Part shown: in pieces, positions 13,250 to 25,554 of the stretch
How the letters are laid out: each line of letters opens with the position of its first letter
Position numbering within the stretch: the stretch's first letter is position 1
Assembly (NCBI RefSeq): GCF_030144855.1
Contig: NC_082716.1
Span: 60,140,001 to 60,204,000, forward strand
Direction of reading: 5' to 3'
DNA: 64,000 bases
Source: Hypanus sabinus
Lineage: Eukaryota
Made by a program: the position numbers and the translations under genes
Notes under the pieces: model-generated
Database searches by the model: none
What the model was told of the DNA's origin: nothing
The model's input: only the letters and a program-made list of their open reading frames with translations

Positions 13250-15059
13250 CTGAAAAAATTGATCAGGTATGAAAAAAATAATTACCATAAGATGTGGAAA
13301 GTAAAGTAAAACATGAAAATGCAGAACAAATAAATCAGGGATGTAATGGTATAATGAGTGATTATGAGCTTACTAAATTTAACAATTCAATGTTCTCTTG
13401 TAGGGTTTCTACATTTCAAAAATAAAACTATACAGAATAGAGGAAAATTGAGTGCTACAGTTTTTAATTAACTTAAAATAGTAAATACTTGCCAACCAGA
13501 TGAATAACAATGAATTTTTGTTCCCCTTTATATAAAATGTAATGTCTAATGATCCAATTGTAAGCATAAGCAATCTTTTGTACAAAAATAGCAACAGTGG
13601 CTGTTTGGGCAGCCAGTTAAAACAGATTCAATCATTGCAAACTTAGTATTCAGTCTAGAAAAAGTTTCAGTTTCAAAACAACATCAGCAATTAGAGGCAG
13701 GTTGAGCTAGCTCTCAGGCTAAAGAAAGACTAGCCGGGGATGTGTCAATAATTTTGGATGGCACTTTTTGAGGATATCCATATCTGGTGGAGAGTGCAAA
13801 AGAGATTCACTGAAATAATATCTGGGATGAAGAACTTCTGTTAAGAAGCCTATGAGGCTACACTTGTACTCTTTGGAAAAGGAAAACTTTGAGAGATTTA
13901 AAAAGAAAAACCTGTCATATGAGTAACCACTAAACAGATTTAGGAAACTGGCAAAAGCACCAGGGATGAGAAGAGATTTCTTTGTTGTAGTTTTGAGTTG
14001 CTAAGAATTGGTGTACATTTACTAGAGGGTAGAGGGTGCTGGGTATAGATAGACTTTTAGAAGGTAGTTGGATAAGTATTTTAAAAAGCTGAAGGACTTT
14101 GTGGATTGAGAAGGGAAGTAACCCTAATTAGATTGCTCATAAAGACATAAGCTAAATGACCTTTGGTATTCCTCCCCTAAATTATCTTGCAATCATTCTT
14201 CTATTAAGGAAGTGCTTAAAACCTGTTGCCTGTCCTAATTATCAGTTTGATAATGTCTTGTTGATAGCCTTGGGATTTGTTACTGCATTGACAGCACTGA
14301 AAGCTAAGGTGTATAATTATGATAGGCGATCTCAGATTTTGAAAAATGTATATATGAAAAGTAAAGAACAATTTTAACTAAAATTTAGTCCTGCAACCCT
14401 CAACTCAAATCTATTTTCAGATTATGGATCTACTTTGGCTGCTGTCCAGTGATGACATAAATAATAAATTGCTATTTCACTATTTCTAGGAAGCTTAAAT
14501 AGCAGAAGAAACATTAACTATTGGGCATAAATCAACACAGCAGGAACAGACAAATTAGGAATTTGGTTACTTCAGCCTGCTCTGCTGTTTAACAAGGCCA
14601 TGACTGATCTTATTGTAAGTTCAACAAATTCCTGCCTGCCGCACAACAATCTTTCCTCTATTATCAACACTCTTATCCACCACTGCTCCTTTGAGGATAC
14701 TCAACCCTCAGTGCTGGTTGTATTGCATTTAATCATCAATGGAAGACTGCAGTAGAAAGAGAAAATATAAATAGAAATTCAGTCTTTCCAAACCTGGCAA
14801 AAGCATTGAACTTGAGTGGATCATAAAAAGGTAAGATAATGATGGAGCTTATGGTCTGTTCTCATTATATGTAGGTTTGAAACTTTAGAGTTTCAGTTTC
14901 TCCAATATTAAGTATGAAATGCGTAGAGGGGATGGAATTTTAGAAGTGCATCTAAGAGTGGTTTCTGAGTCAGTACATAGATGGTCCTGCTAAAGATGTA
15001 CTAGTGATTGGGATGTCAGCGTAAGTGCATTTATGAGATAATGACTGCAACTCTAAGTT

Positions 15060-16900
15060 TCAAAATAATTATTGAAAGGGATAAAGTGATCTGGAATCGG
15101 GGGAAAGCTGATTTTAATATCATACGATAGGACCTGGCAAAAGTAAACTGGGTGCAGTAGCTTGCAGGTCCTACTAATTGAAGACTTATATAACTATAAC
15201 AGTTAATGAGGCAAAATTGCTCCCCTAAACATGAAAGGTAAGGTCAGCAAGAAAAAGAAACTCTGAGTTGGATCAAAAAAAAGCATATGGCAAGTATAGA
15301 GAATTGAAACTAAAGGAAGTCCAACAGGAGCATAAAAAATGCGTGTGGATTGAGGGAAGTATTTAGAAGAAGTGGAATAAAGGGACATAAAATATCAGCA
15401 ATGAAAGGTATTAGGCATGTGACATTTTATTAAGTATAATTAAGGCTCAGCAGATAATTGGGATAACTGTGCAAGGACCAACAGATACCAAGAGAGCAAT
15501 CTGGGGCTTCAAGCAATACTTCTCATCTCTATTCATAAAGGAGAAAGACATTGTAGTGGAAGAATTCAGGCAGGGGAAATACAGAAGTTCTAGAACTTAT
15601 TATTAATTACAAGAGGATATAAGACATAGATACTTATTCATATTTAAGCATGAATGGAAAATAGCTGAACTGATATCTTCATTCAGAAGGACAGAAGGGA
15701 AAAGCCAGGTAATTACAGGCTCATAGATTTATTATCAGTGGTAGGGGTGCAGATGGAAATTTTTTTGAAGGACAGATTGATCTAGACTTGATAAGATATG
15801 GATTATTCAAAGATAGCTTGTTTTTATTAGGGGCAGATTCTATGTGACCAATTTGATTTTGTGTTTTCTTGAGGTTATAAATATACTCTGAGGAAAATAC
15901 AGTTTACTATAATCTGGACTTAAAATTGACATTTGACAAGGGTTTCATGTGGGGAAACTGGTCCTAAAGGTTAGACGCCATGAGATCTAAGTAAAGCTGT
16001 CAAAATTGGTTCTAAACTTGTCTTGGTAATGGAGTTTTTAGTAGGAGTAAAGATTCCAAGGGAAGTAGGAGTTTTTAGTCATTAGAAGCCTGTGTCCAGT
16101 TTGGTGCTCACCAATTGGTATAAATTAATGATTGTGATACGATTAGCAAATTCACTATTGCCATGCAAATCAGAGGAACATAGATGGTGAAGAAGACAGT
16201 GGGTTATGGGATGATTTTGATATGCTGGTAAATTGAGCAGAGCAGCAGCAGATGGAATTCAGTCTTAATAAGAGATGGACTAACAAGGGTAGAACATACA
16301 TAAAGAATACTGAGGGACCTTGGTCTTCAAGTCCAAGAATTCACTAGTGGTAGATAAGGTAGTGAAGAAGGAAGTTGGTTACTTGCCATGATTAGCAGGG
16401 GGCACAGGATATTATGGTACAATGTCATGGAATTTTGGTTAGGTGCAACTTAGATTGACAAACTATAAGAAAAACATGATTGCACTGAAAAGTATACAGG
16501 TCTGATTCATCAGGATATTGCCTGTAATGTAGTGTTTGAGTGACAAGGATAGACTGGTTAGTTTTCCTTGGAATTAAGAAGGCTGATATGGCCCCAAACA
16601 AAGGTATAGAAAATTGTGAAGGACAGAGACAGGGTAGATTGTAGGAAACTTTTCCCCATACCAGAGATGTCTAAAAATAGAGGGAGTAGGTTTGAGGAAA
16701 GTAGGAAATCTGTTTTCCACCCAAAGTGTGGTTGGAATCTGGAATACAGTGAGAAAGGTGGTGGGGGCACATACTCCCACAACATTTAGGAAGTACCTAG
16801 ATGAACTCGCATTGCATCTTGAATGTCAAGACTTCATACCGTGCTGGGTTCAGTGATTGCATTGATGGACTGACCAAGGAGGTTTCTGTGCTGTTCTATA
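15060..16900 (+). mobile_element. Old, heavily decayed CR1 LINE ORF2 remnant
   Basis: Scattered motifs in CR1 order (aagccaggtaattacaggc ~ PGNYRP; catttgacaagg ~ AFDKV; ttcatcaggatattgcctg; tttccacccaaagtgtggttggaatctggaa). Confidence 0.7.
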
Positions 16901-17321
16901 ACATTTTAAAATGGCTGAACACTCTCTACCAACTTTTATGCTAATATTTAGCAAACACTGTCCTAATATTTCCTTAGGTTTTCACCTATAGCCCAATGAT
17001 AATGTAGCAGCTGGGATATACTGTATGTATATAATAGTGTTTGGTACTCTAGCTGACCTAAAAAAACCTCATGTTTAACCTGTCACCCAATTATCTGTTT
17101 ATAATAATTTCTTGATATTAGCCATAAAGAAAACATTTTATGTTGTTGATAAGCATCTTGCATCTTTGTATGGACGAGCATGAAAACTGTTAGATGTAAA
17201 TGAGACAGTTGCAGGCAACAGACCTAAAACATGCAACAATTTTACTGGTAGTACTGTTAGCAGTCAGCAAAGAGATCTGATCTCTCATAGCACATGCTAA
17301 TAATAATACATTATTACCAAC

Positions 17322-17373
17322 CTTTGTTGTCATTTGGGGAGGTTTTAGCATCAGAAATTGTGCAATCATTCAT
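17322..17373 (-). CDS. PDE4DIP: Probable 52-nt penultimate exon of myomegalin
   Basis: Acceptor tctcttttgtgagtctgttcag, phase 0, MNDCTISDAKTSPNDNK, donor AAAG|gttggt. Phases link 18622 to 13249. Confidence 0.5.
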
Positions 17374-18621
17374 CTGAACAGACTCACAAAAGAGACAAAG
17401 GCACACAGGGAAGAGAAGGTCAGAAAGGAGAAACAATAACTTTAAATGCTCACCTATCTCCATCCTGTCTGAGCAAGGATATCACCCCTTTCAATTTCCT
17501 ATCCTTACAAATGAGAAGCTCTTTGTGATTTATGCTGCGGCAATATTCTTTGAAGTCCTTTGATGCTTCACCCAAAGATCTATTCTTAAAATTTGTTAAT
17601 GTTCAGTTGGAGAGGCCTTCGCACCTCTACATATAATCAACATATCACTGAATAGCAATGAACAGTGGGTATTCGAATTGAATTCCCTGTTTGTGGTTCA
17701 GTGGTTGAGGATATGTAGTCCACCATCCTTCAATGTAGCAGACATCAGAGCAGTGACTGATTTTGATTAAAGAACAATACACCAACACTTGAAAAACACA
17801 CTAGATCATTTAAATACAGAGCCTCACAATGGATAACAAGCTCTGAGCCCTTTTCCCATTAGAAATAAAGATAATGACCTGAGCAAAAACTCTGTAGAGT
17901 CACAATTATTAAATAATAATTGCTTCTCCTGCCATTGGCTGTATGTATCCAGCATGAATTTTAAAGGTGTGAGGTTCAGTTCTTCACTTTAAACTGGAAT
18001 ATCTTTGTAGCATCCTGATTTTCCTATCATAGGCCCATGTAAGTGAACTGCTCTCATTTTTTATCATATATTATGGAAGGTAAATGCAGGGTCATTTTGG
18101 GGAGGCAAAGCACTGCAGATCAGAGGAAGATGCCACACTTTGCTGATTATCTGGATTTCTGTGTAACCAGAGTAGGAAAGAGTGGTGGCCTTAATGACAT
18201 TAATGAACCTAATCAGCTTTAATGGCAACAGTGATCTCGTGGTCATTAATACCAATATTACTAGTTTATAATTTTAAAATTCCAAAATAATTAATAATGG
18301 TTAAATTCTATTGTTGGGATTTGAACTCTGCTCTCTAATTCATTAATCTTCCCCTGTTGGTACCTAGTTACAACCACTATGTCTCCACTGTCACCAGATG
18401 GGAATGTACTGCTGCTTCACCTTTGAATGAAAGGAATGCTTCAAAGTTATTAGATTACAGTGCACCATTTTGCTAATAATACTCAAGTCTAAGATTTTGC
18501 ATAGTCTATAAAAGGATTTGTGCCCTAGCTGATGCTTGGCGAAATATATCAGGAAAAGTAAACATACTTGTATTTACATGTTAATTATTACTGAATTCAC
18601 ACAGTTTTCAACAAAGCTTAC

Positions 18622-18668
18622 CTCCAAATTACTTCTTGCTTTTTTCAAAACATCATGTGTCCTTGTAA
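18622..18668 (-). CDS. PDE4DIP: Myomegalin exon (LTRTHDVLKKARSNLE)
   Basis: tttttcag acceptor and GAG|gtaag donor; 47 nt, phase 1 to 0. Matches the PDE4DIP C-terminal motif LTRTHDVLKKARTNLE. Confidence 0.95.
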
Positions 18669-18721
18669 CTGAAAAACATAAGTTTTGTTGTTATCTGGTG
18701 CAGTATTTCCATTGATATACT

Positions 18722-18939
18722 TGTGGTGAACTCCGTGTGCCTGTCTGGACACGCCCCCTGCTGACTGCTCCTGTGGCTCCTCCCACAGACCCCTGTGTAA
18801 AGGCGATCTTAGCCTGGGGCCTGGCCTCTCAGTTTCCAGGATGTAGTATGGTGGTCACTCACTGCTGGTTCCTTCTTCCAGTCAATAAAAGCCGATATCT
18901 CGCCTTTACGTCTCAGAGTGAGTTATTGATGGTGCATCA
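18722..18939 (+). mobile_element. Solo LTR, 218 bp
   Basis: TG...CA termini, perfect 5-bp TSD ATACT (18717-18721 and 18940-18944), AATAAA at 18884, GC-richer than the flanks. Confidence 0.85.
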
Positions 18940-20148
18940 ATACTGAAGCATGTCAGCAAACATTGTAACAAAAAGCTTTTGCATATTGTCACCTTCCAGC
19001 AGGAACCACTGGTTACAGATCGGGGCAGAGACTGATTTATGTACAAGGTGATATACATACTCAATGTAGTGATTAGAAAAGGAGAAGTAAATTTTGCTGT
19101 CCTAATTTATATTGGTTTCCTCAGCAAAGAGTGGCAGTCACTTCAGTAGTAAATAAGGCTTCGCCTATGAGAATGTTAAATAGGATAATGCTTTTATAAT
19201 TTTAAAGGCCTATGTGAGGGTTTAATGAACAATTTATGGTAGATGACTTTCAATAAAATTCTTGCTGGGTTGATAATAGTGAAGCACTTTCTGATCCAAT
19301 GTATTCAGGTCATAAGGCAGCAATTTTCTTGAAATTGAGCCCTAGATCCCAGGGTAAAATAGTGGAAAGGAGTGGTGAGTGTGTGGTGCTGTAAAAGAGA
19401 TGTGTAGTAGTCAGGTTGCTTTGCATAAATGGTATGGAGCTAAAATTCTAGAGAGGTTCCACACATAGAAGTCAGCCTCTGTATAAGAATAGTTGGACCA
19501 TTAAAGAATACAGGTATGGATTATGCAAGTTTTGTGAATAGCTGAAGTAGAAATGATGGGGGTGGGTGGTCAGTAATGAAGAGGAAAGAGCAGGAGTAGT
19601 GCATATTTTGTGAAAAATTGGAGAACATGAAGGAGATCTTGGTTTAGTGACGGATGAATGCTTAAATAAGATTATGAAGGTAGGGTTAAGTTTACAGGAA
19701 AGGCTGCTGTTTCTGAAAGAAATGTGTTATCGCTTGGTCTCAAAGGAGTATGTAATAGCACTTTACAGATAGATCCAGTCTTCTTGTAATGCATTCGAAT
19801 ACTAGTCAATAATTTTACTTTACAGAAAATGCACAAAAAATAGGCATGGCTTGCTTCCTGAGATTAGTTTTGACAACTGCAATTGATCCCACATTTGTTA
19901 AGCTAAAAGTCCAGTGCAATGAGGAGGGTTAAATTTACTGCAATCTTTCTCAATTATGCAGTCAATTTGGTATTTCATACAAATTCAAAGAAAGGATTAT
20001 TTTACATATGTTCACAGTCCAATCTATCTTAACAGCCAAGCGGCAAACAGACATGCTGACAAGATTAAGTAACACTTTTGAATGACAGGCATTCTTTTTC
20101 TATTAGGAATCAAAATATGCAGCATTGTTAGGTATTGATTCGACATAC

Positions 20149-20278
20149 GTTGGCTGACAATGAACTGTTCCATTCCTTCTTTCACTTGGTTAGTAGCCTT
20201 TAGGCGACTGATTGCATTCTGCAATAGGTTTTCTTGCTCTGTTATTTTATTCCTCAGTCTGCAAATCTCTTCCTGATC
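20149..20278 (-). CDS. PDE4DIP: Myomegalin exon (DQEEICRLRNKITEQENLLQ...MEQFIVSQ)
   Basis: ttattgcag acceptor and gtatgt donor; 130 nt, phase 0 to 1; conserved MEQFIVSQ. Confidence 0.95.
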
Positions 20279-21042
20279 CTGCAATAACCACAAGATATTT
20301 ATCCCAGGAATGGAATCTGCATGAATGTTATAATATGCAAATACTTCAACACAAATTTTATGACAGGCTGAATCCTCCTTGCAATTAAAAGAATTGCTTT
20401 TAGATGCTATCTTTAAGCGGTCTCATGACATACTAATGCATTTACAACCAATTAAGTACTTCTGAAATGTAGTGGTTACTGTGGTAATTGTAGGAAACAA
20501 GACAATTTGCACAAAAAAATCCCCGTAAAAACAATGCGGTAATGATCAGATCATTTGGTTTTGTTATTTTAGTTTGGAACTGATCTGTCCAGGCTTGTGT
20601 TGGACCTTTTATGCCCCCCCAGGAACAGTACACTGCTTTGATTTAATATGTAGTTCAAGTTCAAATTTATTGCCATCTGTATATATACCCAGCAAAACGA
20701 AACAACATTCCTCTGGGCCATGGTGTACCCACAAAACACATAAAACAAAGGATAACCACAAATAAGTTAATACAACCTAATTCAAAGTACGTGTAGTGTG
20801 CAGTACAGATAAACAGCAATTGGTCCATCACTGTTGGGCACTGGAACAATGATGACAGCCTTGAAGCCTACAGGGACTGTTGCAAAGTGATATGAAAGAA
20901 GAGTCCCATTGGGAATACAGCTCTTGCTTAATTCTATACAGATCATCAAGCTGTATTTTGTACTCTGGAGGAGGACCTGTATCAATGACTTTTTGCCTCA
21001 AAAGTGAGTGTCAGCATGGAGCTAATGGTAATATTTAATGTA

Positions 21043-21755
21043 CAGTCGGCCCTCCTTATCCGCGGGGGATTGGTTCCGGGAACCCCCGCAGATACCAAAA
21101 AACACGGCTGCTTAAGTTCCTTATTTAACCTGTCTCAGTGCGGTGGACTTTAGGACCTGCCACAGCTCTGAATCCACAGTGTTTCTGTTCATGAAAATAA
21201 TCACGATTGAAAATAACGTGGAAGTAATAAAACGATTGGAAAGTGGTGAAACACAATCAGTCATTGGAAAAGTGTTAGGCTACAGTCAGTCAACAATCGG
21301 AACAATTTTAATTGAGCGTGTGAAAGGCACTGCCCCGATGAAAGCTACAATTATTACTAAGCAACGCAGTGGTTTAATTATTGAAATACATACATTTCTT
21401 AAGTGTTTTATGTGCATAGAAAGGTAAAATATATTCTATATATTAAGACAAACGTTTGACTGACGCTAAATAATACCGGATGTACCTGTTCCGACTTCAA
21501 GTCCAACTTAAAGACAGACTCAGGAATGGAACTTGTTCATAACTTGGGGACTGCCTGTACTTTTAACTCATCTCTAGATGACTTATAATACAATGTAAAT
21601 AGTTGTTATACTGTATTGTTTAGGGAATAATGACAAGAAAAAATAGTCTGTACATGCTCAAACAATGAGTGCTGGAGAGAGAACTTCCAAGTTTTCCCAA
21701 TCTGTGGTTGGTTGAATCCGCGCAAGTGGAACCCATGGATAAGGAGGGCTGACTG
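21043..21755 (+). mobile_element. Non-autonomous Tigger/pogo-like DNA transposon
   Basis: TIRs CAGTCGGCCCTCCTTATCC / GGATAAGGAGGGCTGACTG flanked by TA on both sides. Internal HTH remnant TIENNVEVIKRLESGETQSVIGKVLGYSQSTIGTIL (CENP-B/psq type). Confidence 0.9.
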
Positions 21756-21924
21756 TACGTACAAATTAGTTTTTAAAGTTTCTATTCTGCTTAGAACCTT
21801 TCTGACATCCTGTGAGTGATTAACAATGCTTTTTCAGTATACAACAAATAAATCTTACTGTAAGATAGACATTCCTCCCTGTTTCTCTTGCCACCCATTT
21901 TCATTGATATGATTTAATCTTAAG

Positions 21925-22535
21925 CCTCCTGTATATCGGTGAGACCCGACATAGATTGGGAGAACACTTCGTCAAGCACTTTCGCTCCATCTGCCATAAA
22001 AAGCAGGATTTCCTGGTGGCCACCCATTTCAATTCTACTTCCCGTTCTGACATGTCAGTCCATGGCCTCCTTTACTGCCATGATGAGGCCACACTCGGGT
22101 TGGAGGAGCAACACCTTGAATTCTGTCTGAGAAGCCTCCAACCTGATGGTGTGAACATCAATTTCTTGACCTGGTTATTGTCCCCACCCATCCTCTCCTT
22201 CACCATTCCTCATTCTTGTTTTCTTTTCACACCTTCTCTTACTTGCCCATCAGCTCCCCTTAGGTGCTCCTCCCACTTCCCTTTCTTCCATGGTCTTCTG
22301 TCCCCTCCTATCAGATTCCCCCTCCTGGTTTCACCTGCCATCTGCCACCTTGTACTTCTTCCTCCCCTCCCCGTAATTCTTGTCCTGACTTCTTCCCCCT
22401 TCCTTTCCAGTCCAGATGAAGGGTCTCGACCTGGAGAGTCGACTGTTGTTCCCATCTACAGATGTTGCCTGAATGGCTGAGCTCCTCCAGCACATTGTGC
22501 ATATTGCTGTAGATGCCCAGCATCTGTAGTACCTT
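21925..22535 (+). mobile_element. Penelope-like element 3' fragment (GIY-YIG endonuclease end plus terminal repeat)
   Basis: LLYIGETRHRLGEHFVKH..VATHFN..EEQHL..LQPDGVNINF, followed by a decayed hammerhead-like motif at 22412-22440. Confidence 0.85.
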
Positions 22536-23305
22536 GTGTCCCTGATTTAACCTTGATGTCTTTGAATGAGGATCTGAACATGGATCACTTTTAAATTGCC
22601 TTCCAACAATCAGTATTAGTGCTTCTGACACGAGTAACATTGATAGATTTAAGTACCAGCGAGTCTCATTACTGGAAGATCATTCAGTAAATGACCACAC
22701 TTCTGACCATGAGCGGCACTGTCACACTATATAAATCATTATAACACTGAATTACACTGGAAAAAGGCTGAGATCTTAGGAAGAAATGCAATATCCACCT
22801 CAAAAAAAAAACTACCAGATGTTTTACTTTAGGATTCATCATTGTTTTGGAGATTAGTCTCTGCTGGAAAGTTGGAACAGAATAGGGGTGCTTTATTCAG
22901 TTATGATGCTTATTTTTGAATGCTGCTCTGAATGATATAGTGTAGTGAAACATTCAGAACAATACAATAATGAAATGACTATTGCAAAAACAAGCTTGAT
23001 AAATTCCAGAATTTTCCAGAAATGAGCAGTGCTAACATTTTTAACAGTATAATACATCTGAAAATGGAGGATGAAGAACACTGATTGATACACAATTCAG
23101 AAAAGTAATTATTGTAAATTAGTCTTGTCACCTACTTAAAGGAATGGTCTATTGTGGAATCCCATTTGAGGAAAGGACAAAGAAACTTTTTTAGAAAAAG
23201 GTTACATGCATGAAAGAGGAAAAGATCAATCTTCAGTTCCACTGCGCAACAACTGTATAAGTATAATTGTATAATGTTCATATTAAGCTTATCTGAGAGA
23301 CTTGC

Positions 23306-23446
23306 CTTTTGATTTTGTACATCACTGTCTGGATTTGGCAGAGTAGTTCTCCAAAACATTTTTAGCAATGAACAAGTTTCATTCAAGATCTGATGCAGTG
23401 TATTGGTATTGGAGAAGAGCTGCTTGACTGTCTCATGGTCCAAATG
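23306..23446 (-). CDS. PDE4DIP: Myomegalin exon (HLDHETVKQLFSNTNTLHQILNETCSLLKMFWRTTLP...QK), GC donor
   Basis: cctgtgcag acceptor; 141 nt, phase 0 to 0; donor AAG|gcaagt; conserved SLLxMFWR motif. Confidence 0.88.
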
Positions 23447-23657
23447 CTGCACAGGTAAATTTGCAAATAAAAAACAAAATTTTGAGATTATTTTTCCCTG
23501 CACACAAAATTCTTGTCCTAATTTACAGCCAGACTTTATACATTTAGAGCTCTTAAAATTAGAAGGGATATTAATAATCAACAACTGAGTTGTATGAACT
23601 CATTAGACATAGGTTTGATGTTCTTCCTTCTTTATGGAGCCATTATTCTCTGAGGAG

Positions 23658-24995
23658 TGTTATGTACCCCCAGGGTTCAGTTTTTCTGTGGACTGTCTCT
23701 TTGAAACGCTGGAAGAATTGAGACTGACTTTTGCTCTGTTGGATTTCTACTGACTACAGAATTGCTGGGTTGCTGTGGTGAGCAGCTTGTGTTTACATCT
23801 ACTACAGTGTGTTTGGACTAATACATAGACACTGCCTGCTTCTGATTTATTATGGTGATGAGAGGTGGAGTTATTTGATGGACAATGGATGTTTATGGTT
23901 CCTCGCAGCATGTTTATATCAAGCAAGATTAGGTGATTCTCTCACTGACATACAGAGACACATAGTCAGAGTCGAGATGGTTTCGATCATGGAAAGACAC
24001 TAGTGAGTGGGGTCGTTGGTTTAAACTTTCAGTAGCCCAAAGGGGTGAGTTGAGATCGATCCAGAGTATTGATAAATGACTCTCACAAGTGCTGCAACTA
24101 GAAGAAGTTTGCAGAGAGAAGCAGAGAGGCAAGGTTTGAAACAGAAGAAACCTAGTGACAAAGAGATCACTATTTAGACTCTCTCCAAGTAGCCCGTAAT
24201 GGTGAATTTGATTCCATTCGAATACTAAAGTGTGGTTGTCACATAGTTAATCCATAGGAGTGGGTTCTCTGGTGGGGGGGAATACCACGTGTGTGTTAAC
24301 CCTTGTCTGGGTGAGGTAGTTCACTGAAGAAGGCAGCCCTGTAGCAAATCACTGTTGGAGCTACTTCGTATGTCATGGGACTGGATAAGTGGCTATCATG
24401 TTGTGTGATTGGGCTAATCTTGTGGAATCTACCGGTGTGTCTACCCTTGCCTGGGTGGTAGTTTTGCCTTGAAGATGGTTCCCTTTGTGATAAGCTACTG
24501 TTGGTGGTAATCCATACGTGGATTTGGTTTGAGTATCCTGTGGCCACCACTTTGGGATGACCCGTAGCTGAATTCGGGTATGGTATTGTGGTAACCACTT
24601 GTGAGAAAGGGTATTCTGTGAAGATCACTGTTGGTGATACTTCATATGTGGATTCGGAGCTGACGACAGACGATCAATGACACCCGTTTACTTGTTTTTC
24701 TCCTACCGTGGATTTTGCCTTCAGATTACAAATACCTCTCTCATACCTCAATTCCATGGATTGAACTGAACTTTCTTACATACCATCGTAAGACTGTAGC
24801 TCTTGCCACCTGAGCTTGAATAAGTTTGGGAACTTTATTTTTACACCTATATATGCATAACACTGCTAATTCTTGGTTTACCTGATTTAAGTTACTATAT
24901 TACTATAATAAAAATAGTGGGTTTTAACATCAAAACCAGATTCCAGGTGTATTCTATTGCTTCTGATACTTTTACAGGATTGTGTGTATGTAACA
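23658..24995 (+). mobile_element. Long solo LTR (~1.34 kb), Gypsy-like
   Basis: TGTTATGTAC...GTATGTAACA inverted termini, imperfect 4-bp TSD GGAG/GAAG, AATAAA near the 3' end (~24907), no coding remnant. Confidence 0.75.
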
Positions 24996-25327
24996 GAAGT
25001 ATTAAATCATCTTTGTCTAAACTTAATATAATTAGCACACAGCTAATTAAATTAGCTTCTCTTTGAAGGATTAATTGTATAGCATTTTTTTCTTAAACTG
25101 TGTTGTTGGCACAGCAGAATTTCAATATAGTAGCTTAGGGTTAGATGATCAGCTTTTATTAATTATGAACATATAATATAGGCTTCATCGGTATGTGAAA
25201 TATGGCAATGCAGGTTTCAATTAAAATTTTCTACTCAAATGTGCTCAATGCGCAATTATAATGATGACTTGGGAATTCAATGTAGTGGATAACAATGTGA
25301 TAAGCAATTTCTTGTTTTTCCAGTTAC

Positions 25328-25554
25328 CTTGAATCCATCAATTTCCAAAAAAGCAGCATTGACACAGGATTGGACAATAGACTCCATTCTTTGAACCAGC
25401 ATTCTGCCCTCCGTAATCTGTTGCTGGAGGGCATTGTAGTCATCAATGTGCCCAATCACATGAGATCCATTTTTCTTGGCAAAGGAACCATGAGGAAGCT
25501 CATCATCTATTAAGGAACAGGAGATGTGGCTCAAGGAATCACTGAGATAAGCAT
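25328..25554 (-). CDS. PDE4DIP: Myomegalin exon (GSFAKKNGSHVIGHIDDYNALQQQITEG, CM2-type domain start)
   Basis: ttttag acceptor and AAG|gtaac donor; 227 nt, phase 1 to 0; hallmark HVIGHIDDY motif. Confidence 0.96.

Noticed and set aside
23132-23584. Full 150-aa ORF as a single exon
   Set aside because: Only 23306-23446 is bounded by splice sites and homologous; the flanks are intronic read-through.
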